From: Auanema rhodensis
Taxonomy: Eukaryota > Animalia > Nematoda
Reading direction: 5' to 3'
Length of the DNA: 64,000 nt
NCBI GenBank assembly: GCA_964057225.1
Contig: OZ059900.1
Location: 15,872,001 to 15,936,000, forward strand
Below the pieces are notes generated by a model. The model did no database searches, had not been told where the DNA came from, and saw nothing but the letters and a program-made list of their open reading frames with translations. Of the stretch, positions 39,601 to 53,600 are shown piece by piece; within the stretch, counting starts at the first letter, position 1; every line of letters starts with the position of its first letter. The position numbers and the translations under genes are program-made.

Positions 39601-42600
39601 TGACATTGCATGAGTTTGAACACATGAAATCGTAAGTCAAAACCTTGTTTACAGCGAAATTTCCAAAAACTGGTTTTCCAGCATAATAAAATATTTCTCA
39701 TGGGAAATACTGTGTTTTTGTATTTTTCTAGTGTTCAGCATGTGAAATGCTTCATTTTAGTATGTAACACGCTGAAATTCGTTGCATTTGACGACTCATA
39801 TGAACAAAAATCGATTTAATCAATATTAGCCATAAGGGGCGTGCCCTCAGAATATGCTAATTTCCTTAATTTTCTAACCCCTGTTTTTTTGTCGTGAAAG
39901 TGGAACTAGACGTTGTAGGAACAATTTTGAGCTAGGTTTCATTGACATTGCATGAGTTTGAACACATGAAATCGTAAGTCAAAACCTTGTTTACAGCGAA
40001 ATTTCCAAAAACTCGTTTTCCAGCATAATAAAATATTTCTCATGGGAAATACTGTGTTTTTGTAGTTTTTTAGTGTTCAGCATGTAAAATGCTTCATTTT
40101 AGTATGTAACACGCTGAAATTAATTGCATTTGACGACTCATATGAACAAAAATCGATTTAATCAATATTAGCCATAAGGGGCGTGCCCTCAGAATATGCT
40201 AATTTCCTTAATTTTCTAACCCCTGTTTTTTTGTCGTGAAAGTGGAACTAGACGTTGTACGAACAATTTTGAGCTAAGTTTCATTGACATTGCATGAGTT
40301 TGAACACATGAAATCGTAAGTCAAAACCTTGTTTACAGCGAAATTTCCAAAAACTGGTTTTCCAGCATAATAAAATATTTCTCATGGGAAATACTGTGTT
40401 TTTGTATTTTTCTAGTGTTCAGCATGTGAAATGCTTCATTTTAGTATGTAACACGCTGAAATTCGTTGCATTTGACGACTCATATGAACAAAAATCGATT
40501 TAATCAATATTAGCCATAAGGGGCGTGCCCTCAGAATATGCTAATTTCCTTAATTTTCTAACCCCTGTTTTTTTGTCGTGAAAGTGGAACTAGACGTTGT
40601 ACGAACAATTTTGAGCTAGGTTTCATTGACATTGCATGAGTTTGAACACATGAAATCGTAAGTCAAAACCTTGTTTACAGCGAAATTTCCAAAAACTGGT
40701 TTTCCAGCATAATAAAATATTTCTCATGGGAAATACTGTGTTTTTGTATTTTTATAGTGTTCAGCATGTAAAATGTTTCATTTTAGTATGTAACACGCTG
40801 AAATTCGTTGCATTTGACGACTCATATGAACAAAAATCGATTTAATCAATATTAGCCATAAAGGGCGTGCCCTCAGAATATGCTAATTTCCTTAATTTTC
40901 TAACCCCTGTTTTTTTGTCGTGAAAGTGGAACTAGACGTTGTAGGAACAATTTTGAGCTAGGTTTCATTGACATTGCATGAGTTTGAACACATGAAATCG
41001 TAAGTCAAAACCTTGTTTACAGCGAAATTTCCAAAAACTCGTTTTCCAGCATAATAAAATATTTCTCATGGGAAATACTGTGTTTTTGTAGTTTTTTAGT
41101 GTTCAGCATGTAAAATGCTTCATTTTAGTATGTAACACGCTGAAATTAATTGCATTTGACGACTCATATGAACAAAAATCGATTTAATCAATATTAGCCA
41201 TAAGGGGCGTGCCCTCAGAATATGCTAATTTCCTTAATTTTCTAACCCCTGTTTTTTTGTCGTGAAAGTGGAACTAGACGTTGTACGAACAATTTTGAGC
41301 TAGGTTTCATTGACATTGCATGAGTTTGAACACATGAAATCGTAAGTCAAAACCTTGTTTACAGCGAAATTTCCAAAAACTGGTTTTCCAGCATAATAAA
41401 ATATTTCTCATGGGAAATACTGTGTTTTTGTATTTTTCTAGTGTTCAGCATGTGAAATGCTTCATTTTAGTATGTAACACGCTGAAATTCGTTGCATTTG
41501 ACGACTCATATGAACAAAAATCGATTTAATCAATATTAGCCATAAGGGGCGTGCCCTCAGAATATGCTAATTTCCTTAATTTTCTAACCCCTGTTTTTTT
41601 GTCGTGAAAGTGGAACTAGACGTTGTACGAACAATTTTGAGCTAGGTTTTATTGACATTGCATGAGTTTGAACACATGAAATCGTAAGTCAAAACCTTGT
41701 TTACAGCGAAATTTCCAAAAACTGGTTTTCCAGCATAATAAAATATTTCTCATGGGAAATACTGTGTTTTTGTATTTTTCTAGTGTTCAGCATGTGAAAT
41801 GCTTCATTTTGGTATGTAACACGCTGAAATTCGTTGCATTTGACGACTCATATGAACAAAAATCGATTTAATCAATATTAGCCATAAGGGGCGTGCCCTC
41901 AGAATATGCTAATTTCCTTAATTTTCTAACCCCTGTTTTGTTGTCGTGAAAGTGGAACTAGACGTTGTAGGAACAATTTTGAGCTAGGTTTCATTGACAT
42001 TGCATGAGTTTGAACACATGAAATCGTAAGTCAAAACCTTGTTTACAGCGAAATTTCCAAAAACTGGTTTTCCAGCATAATAAAATATTTCTCATGGGAA
42101 ATACTGTGTTTTTGTATTTTTCTAGTGTTCAGCATGTGAAATGCTTCATTTTAGTATGTAACACGCTGAAATTCGTTGCATTTGACGACTCATATGAACA
42201 AAAATCGATTTAATCAATATTAGCCATAAGGGGCGTGCCCTCAGAATATGCTAATTTCCTTAATTTTCTAACCCCTGTTTTGTTGTCGTGAAAGTGGAAC
42301 TAGACGTTGTAGGAACAATTTTGAGCTAGGTTTCATTGACATTGCATGAGTTTGAACACATGAAATCGTAAGTCAAAACCTTGTTTACAGCGAAATTTCC
42401 AAAAACTCGTTTTCCAGCATAATAAAATATTTCTCATGGGAAATACTGTGTTTTTGTATTTTTTTAGTGTTCAGCATGTAAAATGCTTCATTTTAGTATG
42501 TAACACGCTGAAATTAATTGCATTTGACGACTCATATGAACAAAAATCGATTTAATCAATATTAGCCATAAGGGGCGTGCCCTCAGAATATGCTAATTTC

Positions 42601-45600
42601 CTTAATTTTCTAACCCCTGTTTTTTGTCGTGAAAGTGGAACTAGACGTTGTAGGAACAATTTTGAGCTAGGTTTCATTGACATTGCATGAGTTTGAACAC
42701 ATGAAATCGTAAGTCAAAACCTTGTTTACAGCGAAATTTCCAAAAACTGGTTTTCCAGCATAATAAAATATTTCTCATGGGAAATACTGTGTTTTTGTAT
42801 TTTTATAGTGTTCAGCATGTAAAATGCTTCATTTTAGTATGTAACACGCTGAAATTCGTTGCATTTGACGACTCATATGAACAAAAATCGATTTAATCAA
42901 TATTAGCCATAAGGGGCGTGCCCTCAGAATATGCTAATTTCCTTAATTTTCTAACCCCTGTTTTGTTGTCGTGAAAGTGGAACTAGACGTTGTAGGAACA
43001 ATTTTGAGCTAGGTTTCATTGACATTGCATGAGTTTGAACACATGAAATCGTAAGTCAAAACCTTGTTTACAGCGAAATTTCCAAAAACTGGTTTTCCAG
43101 CATAATAAAATATTTCTCATGGGAAATACTGTGTTTTTGTATTTTTCTAGTGTTCAGCATGTAAAATGCTTCATTTTAGTATGTAACACGCTGAAATTCG
43201 TTGCATTTGACGACTCATATGAACAAAAATCGATTTAATCAATATTAGCCATAAGGGGCGTGCCCTCAGAATATGCTAATTTCCTTAATTTTCTAACCCC
43301 TGTTTTTTTGTCGTGAAAGTGGAACTAGACGTTGTACGAACAATTTTGAGCTAGGTTTTATTGACATTGCATGAGTTTGAACACATGAAATCGTAAGTCA
43401 AAACCTTGTTTACAGCGAAATTTCCAAAAACTGGTTTTCCAGCATAATAAAATATTTCTCATGAGAAATACTGTGTTTTTGTATTTTTCTAGTGTTCAGC
43501 ATGTAAAATGCTTCATTTTAGTATGTAACACGCTGAAATTCGTTGCATTTGACGACTCATATGAACAAAAATCGATTTAATCAATATTAGCCATAAGGGG
43601 CGTGCCCTCAGAATATGCTAATTTCCTTAATTTTCTAACCCCTGTTTTTTGTCGTGAAAGTGGAACTAGACGTTGTACGAACAATTTTGAGCTAGGTTTT
43701 ATTGACATTGCATGAGTTTGAACACATGAAATCGTAAGTCAAAACCTTGTTTACAGCGAAATTTCCAAAAACTGGTTTTCCAGCATAATAAAATATTTCT
43801 CATGAGAAATACTGTGTTTTTGTATTTTTCTAGTGTTCAGCATGTAAAATGCTTCATTTTAGTATGTAACACGCTGAAATTCGTTGCATTTGACGACTCA
43901 TATGAACAAAAATCGATATAATCAATATTAGCCATAAGGGGCGTGCCCTCAGAATATGCTAATTTCCTTAATTTTCTAACCCCTGTTTTTTGTCGTGAAA
44001 GTGGAACTAGACGTTGTAGGAACAATTTTGAGCTAGGTTTCATTGACATTGCATGAGTTTGAACACATGAAATCGTAAGTCAAAACCTTGTTTACAGCGA
44101 AATTTCCAAAAACTGGTTTTCCAGCATAATAAAATATTTCTCATGGGAAATACTGTGTTTTTGTATTTTTATAGTGTTCAGCATGTAAAATGCTTCATTT
44201 TAGTATGTAACACGCTGAAATTCGTTGCATTTGACGACTCATATGAACAAAAATCGATTTAATCAATATTAGCCATAAGGGGCGTGCCCTCAGAATATGC
44301 TAATTTCCTTAATTTTCTAACCCCTGTTTTTTTGTCGTGAAAGTGGAACTAGACGTTGTACGAACAATTTTGAGCTAGGTTTTATTGACATTGCATGAGT
44401 TTGAACACATGAAATCGTAAGTCAAAACCTTGTTTACAGCGAAATTTCCAAAAACTGGTTTTCCAGCATAATAAAATATTTCTCATGAGAAATACTGTGT
44501 TTTTGTATTTTTCTAGTGTTCAGCATGTAAAATGCTTCATTTTAGTATGTAACACGCTGAAATTCGTTGCATTTGACGACTCATATGAACAAAAATCGAT
44601 TTAATCAATATTAGCCATAAGGGGCGTGCCCTCAGAATATGCTAATTTCCTTAATTTTCTAACCCCTGTTTTTTTGTCGTGAAAGTGGAACTAGACGTTG
44701 TACGAACAATTTTGAGCTAGGTTTCATTGACATTGCATGAGTTTGAACACATGAAATCGTAAGTCAAAACCTTGTTTACAGCGAAATTTCCAAAAACTGG
44801 TTTTCCAGCATAATAAAATATTTCTCATGGGAAATACTGTGTTTTTGTATTTTTATAGTGTTCAGCATGTAAAATGTTTCATTTTAGTATGTAACACGCT
44901 GAAATTCGTTGCATTTGACGACTCATATGAACAAAAATCGATTTAATCAATATTAGCCATAAAGGGCGTGCCCTCAGAATATGCTAATTTCCTTAATTTT
45001 CTAACCCCTGTTTTTTTGTCGTGAAAGTGGAACTAGACGTTGTAGGAACAATTTTGAGCTAGGTTTCATTGACATTGCATGAGTTTGAACACATGAAATC
45101 GTAAGTCAAAACCTTGTTTACAGCGAAATTTCCAAAAACTCGTTTTCCAGCATAATAAAATATTTCTCATGGGAAATACTGTGTTTTTGTATTTTTTTAG
45201 TGTTCAGCATGTAAAATGCTTCATTTTAGTATGTAACACGCTGAAATTAATTGCATTTGACGACTCATATGAACAAAAATCGATTTAATCAATATTAGCC
45301 ATAAGGGGCGTGCCCTCAGAATATGCTAATTTCCTTAATTTTCTAACCCCTGTTTTTTTGTCGTGAAAGTGGAACTAGACGTTGTACGAACAATTTTGAG
45401 CTAGGTTTCATTGACATTGCATGAGTTTGAACACATGAAATCGTAAGTCAAAACCTTGTTTACAGCGAAATTTCAAAAAACTGGTTTTCCAGCATAATAA
45501 AATATTTCTCATGGGAAATACTGTGTTTTTGTATTTTTCTAGTGTTCAGCATGTGAAATGCTTCATTTTAGTATGTAACACGCTGAAATTCGTTGCATTT

Positions 45601-47650
45601 GACGACTCATATGAACAAAAATCGATTTAATCAATATTAGCCATAAGGGGCGTGCCCTCAGAATATGCTAATTTCCTTAATTTTCTAACCCCTGTTTTTT
45701 TGTCGTGAAAGTGGAACTAGACGTTGTACGAACAATTTTGAGCTAGGTTTTATTGACATTGCATGAGTTTGAACACATGAAATCGTAAGTCAAAACCTTG
45801 TTTACAGCGAAATTTCCAAAAACTGGTTTTCCAGCATAATAAAATATTTCTCATGGGAAATACTGTGTTTTTGTATTTTTCTAGTGTTCAGCATGTGAAA
45901 TGCTTCATTTTAGTATGTAACACGCTGAAATTCGTTGCATTTGACGACTCATATGAACAAAAATCGATTTAATCAATATTAGCCATAAGGGGCGTGCCCT
46001 CAGAATATGCTAATTTCCTTAATTTTCTAACCCCTGTTTTTTTGTCGTGAAAGTGGAACTAGACGTTGTAGGAACAATTTTGAGCTAGGTTTCATTGACA
46101 TTGCATGAGTTTGAACACATGAAATCGTAAGTCAAAACCTTGTTTACAGCGAAATTTCCAAAAACTCGTTTTCCAGCATAATAAAATATTTCTCATGGGA
46201 AATACTGTGTTTTTGTAGTTTTTTAGTGTTCAGCATGTAAAATGCTTCATTTTAGTATGTAACACGCTGAAATTAATTGCATTTGACGACTCATATGAAC
46301 AAAAATCGATTTAATCAATATTAGCCATAAGGGGCGTGCCCTCAGAATATGCTAATTTCCTTAATTTTCTAACCCCTGTTTTTTTGTCGTGAAAGTGGAA
46401 CTAGACGTTGTACGAACAATTTTGAGCTAGGTTTCATTGACATTGCATGAGTTTGAACACATGAAATCGTAAGTCAAAACCTTGTTTACAGCGAAATTTC
46501 CAAAAACTGGTTTTCCAGCATAATAAAATATTTCTCATGGGAAATACTGTGTTTTTGTATTTTTCTAGTGTTCAGCATGTGAAATGCTTCATTTTAGTAT
46601 GTAACACGCTGAAATTCGTTGCATTTGACGACTCATATGAACAAAAATCGATTTAATCAATATTAGCCATAAGGGGCGTGCCCTCAGAATATGCTAATTT
46701 CCTTAATTTTCTAACCCCTGTTTTTTTGTCGTGAAAGTGGAACTAGACGTTGTACGAACAATTTTGAGCTAGGTTTCATTGACATTGCATGAGTTTGAAC
46801 ACATGAAATCGTAAGTCAAAACCTTGTTTACAGCGAAATTTCCAAAAACTGGTTTTCCAGCATAATAAAATATTTCTCATGGGAAATACTGTGTTTTTGT
46901 ATTTTTATAGTGTTCAGCATGTAAAATGTTTCATTTTAGTATGTAACACGCTGAAATTCGTTGCATTTGACGACTCATATGAACAAAAATCGATTTAATC
47001 AATATTAGCCATAAAGGGCGTGCCCTCAGAATATGCTAATTTCCTTAATTTTCTAACCCCTGTTTTTTTGTCGTGAAAGTGGAACTAGACGTTGTAGGAA
47101 CAATTTTGAGCTAGGTTTCATTGACATTGCATGAGTTTGAACACATGAAATCGTAAGTCAAAACCTTGTTTACAGCGAAATTTCCAAAAACTCGTTTTCC
47201 AGCATAATAAAATATTTCTCATGGGAAATACTGTGTTTTTGTATTTTTTTAGTGTTCAGCATGTAAAATGCTTCATTTTAGTATGTAACACGCTGAAATT
47301 AATTGCATTTGACGACTCATATGAACAAAAATCGATTTAATCAATATTAGCCATAAGGGGCGTGCCCTCAGAATATGCTAATTTCCTTAATTTTCTAACC
47401 CCTGTTTTTTTGTCGTGAAAGTGGAACTAGACGTTGTACGAACAATTTTGAGCTAGGTTTCATTGACATTGCATGAGTTTGAACACATGAAATCGTAAGT
47501 CAAAACCTTGTTTACAGCGAAATTTCCAAAAACTGGTTTTCCAGCATAATAAAATATTTCTCATGGGAAATACTGTGTTTTTGTATTTTTCTAGTGTTCA
47601 GCATGTGAAATGCTTCATTTTAGTATGTAACACGCTGAAATTCGTTGCAT
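36700..47650 (-). repeat. Block duplication (about 36,700-41,500 vs 42,850-47,650; offset about 6,152 bp = 18 monomers)
   Basis: Both blocks show the same succession of GTTG, TTTATT/GAGA and T6 monomers. GTAGTTTT occurs at 40,065 and 46,218. Several differences remain, so the boundaries are approximate. Confidence 0.7.
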
Positions 47651-50600
47651 TTGACGACTCATATGAACAAAAATCGATTTAATCAATATTAGCCATAAGG
47701 GGCGTGCCCTCAGAATATGCTAATTTCCTTAATTTTCTAACCCCTGTTTTGTTGTCGTGAAAGTGGAACTAGACGTTGTAGGAACAATTTTGAGCTAGGT
47801 TTCATTGACATTGCATGAGTTTGAACACATGAAATCGTAAGTCAAAACCTTGTTTACAGCGAAATTTCCAAAAACTGGTTTTCCAGCATAATAAAATATT
47901 TCTCATGGGAAATACTGTGTTTTTGTATTTTTCTAGTGTTCAGCATGTGAAATGCTTCATTTTAGTATGTAACACGCTGAAATTCGTTGCATTTGACGAC
48001 TCATATGAACAAAAATCGATTTAATCAATATTAGCCATAAGGGGCGTGCCCTCAGAATATGCTAATTTCCTTAATTTTCTAACCCCTGTTTTGTTGTCGT
48101 GAAAGTGGAACTAGACGTTGTAGGAACAATTTTGAGCTAGGTTTCATTGACATTGCATGAGTTTGAACACATGAAATCGTAAGTCAAAACCTTGTTTACA
48201 GCGAAATTTCCAAAAACTGGTTTTCCAGCATAATAAAATATTTCTCATGGGAAATACTGTGTTTTTGTATTTTTCTAGTGTTCAGCATGTGAAATGCTTC
48301 ATTTTAGTATGTAACACGCTGAAATTCGTTGCATTTGACGACTCATATGAACAAAAATCGATTTAATCAATATTAGCCATAAGGGGCGTGCCCTCAGAAT
48401 ATGCTAATTTCCTTAATTTTCTAACCCCTGTTTTGTTGTCGTGAAAGTGGAACTAGACGTTGTAGGAACAATTTTGAGCTAGGTTTCATTGACATTGCAT
48501 GAGTTTGAACACATGAAATCGTAAGTCAAAACCTTGTTTACAGCGAAATTTCCAAAAACTCGTTTTCCAGCATAATAAAATATTTCTCATGGGAAATACT
48601 GTGTTTTTGTATTTTTTTAGTGTTCAGCATGTAAAATGCTTCATTTTAGTATGTAACACGCTGAAATTAATTGCATTTGACGACTCATATGAACAAAAAT
48701 CGATTTAATCAATATTAGCCATAAGGGGCGTGCCCTCAGAATATGCTAATTTCCTTAATTTTCTAACCCCTGTTTTTTGTCGTGAAAGTGGAACTAGACG
48801 TTGTAGGAACAATTTTGAGCTAGGTTTCATTGACATTGCATGAGTTTGAACACATGAAATCGTAAGTCAAAACCTTGTTTACAGCGAAATTTCCAAAAAC
48901 TGGTTTTCCAGCATAATAAAATATTTCTCATGGGAAATACTGTGTTTTTGTATTTTTATAGTGTTCAGCATGTAAAATGCTTCATTTTAGTATGTAACAC
49001 GCTGAAATTCGTTGCATTTGACGACTCATATGAACAAAAATCGATTTAATCAATATTAGCCATAAGGGGCGTGCCCTCAGAATATGCTAATTTCCTTAAT
49101 TTTCTAACCCCTGTTTTTTTGTCGTGAAAGTGGAACTAGACGTTGTACGAACAATTTTGAGCTAGGTTTTATTGACATTGCATGAGTTTGAACACATGAA
49201 ATCGTAAGTCAAAACCTTGTTTACAGCGAAATTTCCAAAAACTGGTTTTCCAGCATAATAAAATATTTCTCAAGAGAAATACTGTGTTTTTGTATTTTTC
49301 TAGTGTTCAGCATGTAAAATGCTTCATTTTAGTATGTAACACGCTGAAATTCGTTGCATTTGACGACTCATATGAACAAAAATCGATTTAATCAATATTA
49401 GCCATAAGGGGCGTGCCCTCAGAATATGCTAATTTCCTTAATTTTCTAACCCCTGTTTTGTTGTCGTGAAAGTGGAACTAGACGTTGTAGGAACAATTTT
49501 GAGCTAGGTTTCATTGACATTGCATGAGTTTGAACACATGAAATCGTAAGTCAAAACCTTGTTTACAGCGAAATTTCCAAAAACTGGTTTTCCAGCATAA
49601 TAAAATATTTCTCATGGGAAATACTGTGTTTTTGTATTTTTATAGTGTTCAGCATGTAAAATGCTTCATTTTAGTATGTAACACGCTGAAATTCGTTGCA
49701 TTTGACGACTCATATGAACAAAAATCGATTTAATCAATATTAGCCATAAGGGGCGTGCCCTCAGAATATGCTAATTTCCTTAATTTTCTAACCCCTGTTT
49801 TTTTGTCGTGAAAGTGGAACTAGACGTTGTACGAACAATTTTGAGCTAGGTTTTATTGACATTGCATGAGTTTGAACACATGAAATCGTAAGTCAAAACC
49901 TTGTTTACAGCGAAATTTCCAAAAACTGGTTTTCCAGCATAATAAAATATTTCTCATGAGAAATACTGTGTTTTTGTATTTTTCTAGTGTTCAGCATGTA
50001 AAATGCTTCATTTTAGTATGTAACACGCTGAAATTCGTTGCATTTGACGACTCATATGAACAAAAATCGATTTAATCAATATTAGCCATAAGGGGCGTGC
50101 CCTCAGAATATGCTAATTTCCTTAATTTTCTAACCCCTGTTTTTTTGTCGTGAAAGTGGAACTAGACGTTGTACGAACAATTTTGAGCTAGGTTTCATTG
50201 ACATTGCATGAGTTTGAACACATGAAATCGTAAGTCAAAACCTTGTTTACAGCGAAATTTCCAAAAACTGGTTTTCCAGCATAATAAAATATTTCTCATG
50301 GGAAATACTGTGTTTTTGTATTTTTATAGTGTTCAGCATGTAAAATGTTTCATTTTAGTATGTAACACGCTGAAATTCGTTGCATTTGACGACTCATATG
50401 AACAAAAATCGATTTAATCAATATTAGCCATAAAGGGCGTGCCCTCAGAATATGCTAATTTCCTTAATTTTCTAACCCCTGTTTTTTTGTCGTGAAAGTG
50501 GAACTAGACGTTGTAGGAACAATTTTGAGCTAGGTTTCATTGACATTGCATGAGTTTGAACACATGAAATCGTAAGTCAAAACCTTGTTTACAGCGAAAT

Positions 50601-53600
50601 TTCCAAAAACTCGTTTTCCAGCATAATAAAATATTTCTCATGGGAAATACTGTGTTTTTGTATTTTTTTAGTGTTCAGCATGTAAAATGCTTCATTTTAG
50701 TATGTAACACGCTGAAATTAATTGCATTTGACGACTCATATGAACAAAAATCGATTTAATCAATATTAGTCATAAGGGGCGTGCCCTCAGAATATGCTAA
50801 TTTCCTTAATTTTCTAACCCCTGTTTTTTTGTCGTGAAAGTGGAACTAGACGTTGTACGAACAATTTTGAGCTAGGTTTCATTGACATTGCATGAGTTTG
50901 AACACATGAAATCGTAAGTCAAAACCTTGTTTACAGCGAAATTTCCAAAAACTGGTTTTCCAGCATAATAAAATATTTCTCATGGGAAATACTGTGTTTT
51001 TGTATTTTTCTAGTGTTCAGCATGTGAAATGCTTCATTTTAGTATGTAACACGCTGAAATTCGTTGCATTTGACGACTCATATGAACAAAAATCGATTTA
51101 ATCAATATTAGCCATAAGGGGCGTGCCCTCAGAATATGCTAATTTCCTTAATTTTCTAACCCCTGTTTTTTTGTCGTGAAAGTGGAACTAGACGTTGTAC
51201 GAACAATTTTGAGCTAGGTTTTATTGACATTGCATGAGTTTGAACACATGAAATCGTAAGTCAAAACCTTGTTTACAGCGAAATTTCCAAAAACTGGTTT
51301 TCCAGCATAATAAAATATTTCTCATGGGAAATACTGTGTTTTTGTATTTTTCTAGTGTTCAGCATGTGAAATGCTTCATTTTAGTATGTAACACGCTGAA
51401 ATTCGTTGCATTTGACGACTCATATGAACAAAAATCGATTTAATCAATATTAGCCATAAGGGGCGTGCCCTCAGAATATGCTAATTTCCTTAATTTTCTA
51501 ACCCCTGTTTTGTTGTCGTGAAAGTGGAACTAGACGTTGTAGGAACAATTTTGAGCTAGGTTTCATTGACATTGCATGAGTTTGAACACATGAAATCGTA
51601 AGTCAAAACCTTGTTTACAGCGAAATTTCCAAAAACTGGTTTTCCAGCATAATAAAATATTTCTCATGGGAAATACTGTGTTTTTGTATTTTTCTAGTGT
51701 TCAGCATGTGAAATGCTTCATTTTAGTATGTAACACGCTGAAATTCGTTGCATTTGACGACTCATATGAACAAAAATCGATTTAATCAATATTAGCCATA
51801 AGGGGCGTGCCCTCAGAATATGCTAATTTCCTTAATTTTCTAACCCCTGTTTTGTTGTCGTGAAAGTGGAACTAGACGTTGTAGGAACAATTTTGAGCTA
51901 GGTTTCATTGACATTGCATGAGTTTGAACACATGAAATCGTAAGTCAAAACCTTGTTTACAGCGAAATTTCCAAAAACTGGTTTTCCAGCATAATAAAAT
52001 ATTTCTCATGGGAAATACTGTGTTTTTGTATTTTTCTAGTGTTCAGCATGTAAAATGCTTCATTTTAGTATGTAACACGCTGAAATTCGTTGCATTTGAC
52101 GACTCATATGAACAAAAATCGATTTAATCAATATTAGCCATAAGGGGCGTGCCCTCAGAATATGCTAATTTCCTTAATTTTCTAACCCCTGTTTTTTGTC
52201 GTGAAAGTGGAACTAGACGTTGTAGGAACAATTTTGAGCTAGGTTTCATTGACATTGCATGAGTTTGAACACATGAAATCGTAAGTCAAAACCTTGTTTA
52301 CAGCGAAATTTCAAAAAACTGGTTTTCCAGCATAATAAAATATTTCTCATGGGAAATACTGTGTTTTTGTATTTTTCTAGTGTTCAGCATGTGAAATGCT
52401 TCATTTTAGTATGTAACACGCTGAAATTCGTTGCATTTGACGACTCATATGAACAAAAATCGATTTAATCAATATTAGCCATAAGGGGCGTGCCCTCAGA
52501 ATATGCTAATTTCCTTAATTTTCTAACCCCTGTTTTTTTGTCGTGAAAGTGGAACTAGACGTTGTACGAACAATTTTGAGCTAGGTTTTATTGACATTGC
52601 ATGAGTTTGAACACATGAAATCGTAAGTCAAAACCTTGTTTACAGCGAAATTTCCAAAAACTGGTTTTCCAGCATAATAAAATATTTCTCATGAGAAATA
52701 CTGTGTTTTTGTATTTTTCTAGTGTTCAGCATGTAAAATGCTTCATTTTAGTATGTAACACGCTGAAATTCGTTGCATTTGACGACTCATATGAACAAAA
52801 ATCGATTTAATCAATATTAGCCATAAGGGGCGTGCCCTCAGAATATGCTAATTTCCTTAATTTTCTAACCCCTGTTTTTTGTCGTGAAAGTGGAACTAGA
52901 CGTTGTAGGAACAATTTTGAGCTAGGTTTCATTGACATTGCATGAGTTTGAACACATGAAATCGTAAGTCAAAACCTTGTTTACAGCGAAATTTCCAAAA
53001 ACTGGTTTTCCAGCATAATAAAATATTTCTCATGGGAAATACTGTGTTTTTGTATTTTTTTAGTGTTCAGCATGTAAAATGCTTCATTTTAGTATGTAAC
53101 ACGCTGAAATTAATTGCATTTGACGACTCATATGAACAAAAATCGATTTAATCAATATTAGCCATAAGGGGCGTGCCCTCAGAATATGCTAATTTCCTTA
53201 ATTTTCTAACCCCTGTTTTTTTGTCGTGAAAGTGGAACTAGACGTTGTACGAACAATTTTGAGCTAGGTTTCATTGACATTGCATGAGTTTGAACACATG
53301 AAATCGTAAGTCAAAACCTTGTTTACAGCGAAATTTCAAAAAACTGGTTTTCCAGCATAATAAAATATTTCTCATGGGAAATACTGTGTTTTTGTATTTT
53401 TCTAGTGTTCAGCATGTGAAATGCTTCATTTTAGTATGTAACACGCTGAAATTCGTTGCATTTGACGACTCATATGAACAAAAATCGATTTAATCAATAT
53501 TAGCCATAAGGGGCGTGCCCTCAGAATATGCTAATTTCCTTAATTTTCTAACCCCTGTTTTTTTGTCGTGAAAGTGGAACTAGACGTTGTACGAACAATT

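Noticed and set aside
43837-44049. 70-aa minus-strand ORF
   Set aside because: It is produced by the T6 frameshift plus a private T>A at 43,918 in one monomer and is closed in other copies.
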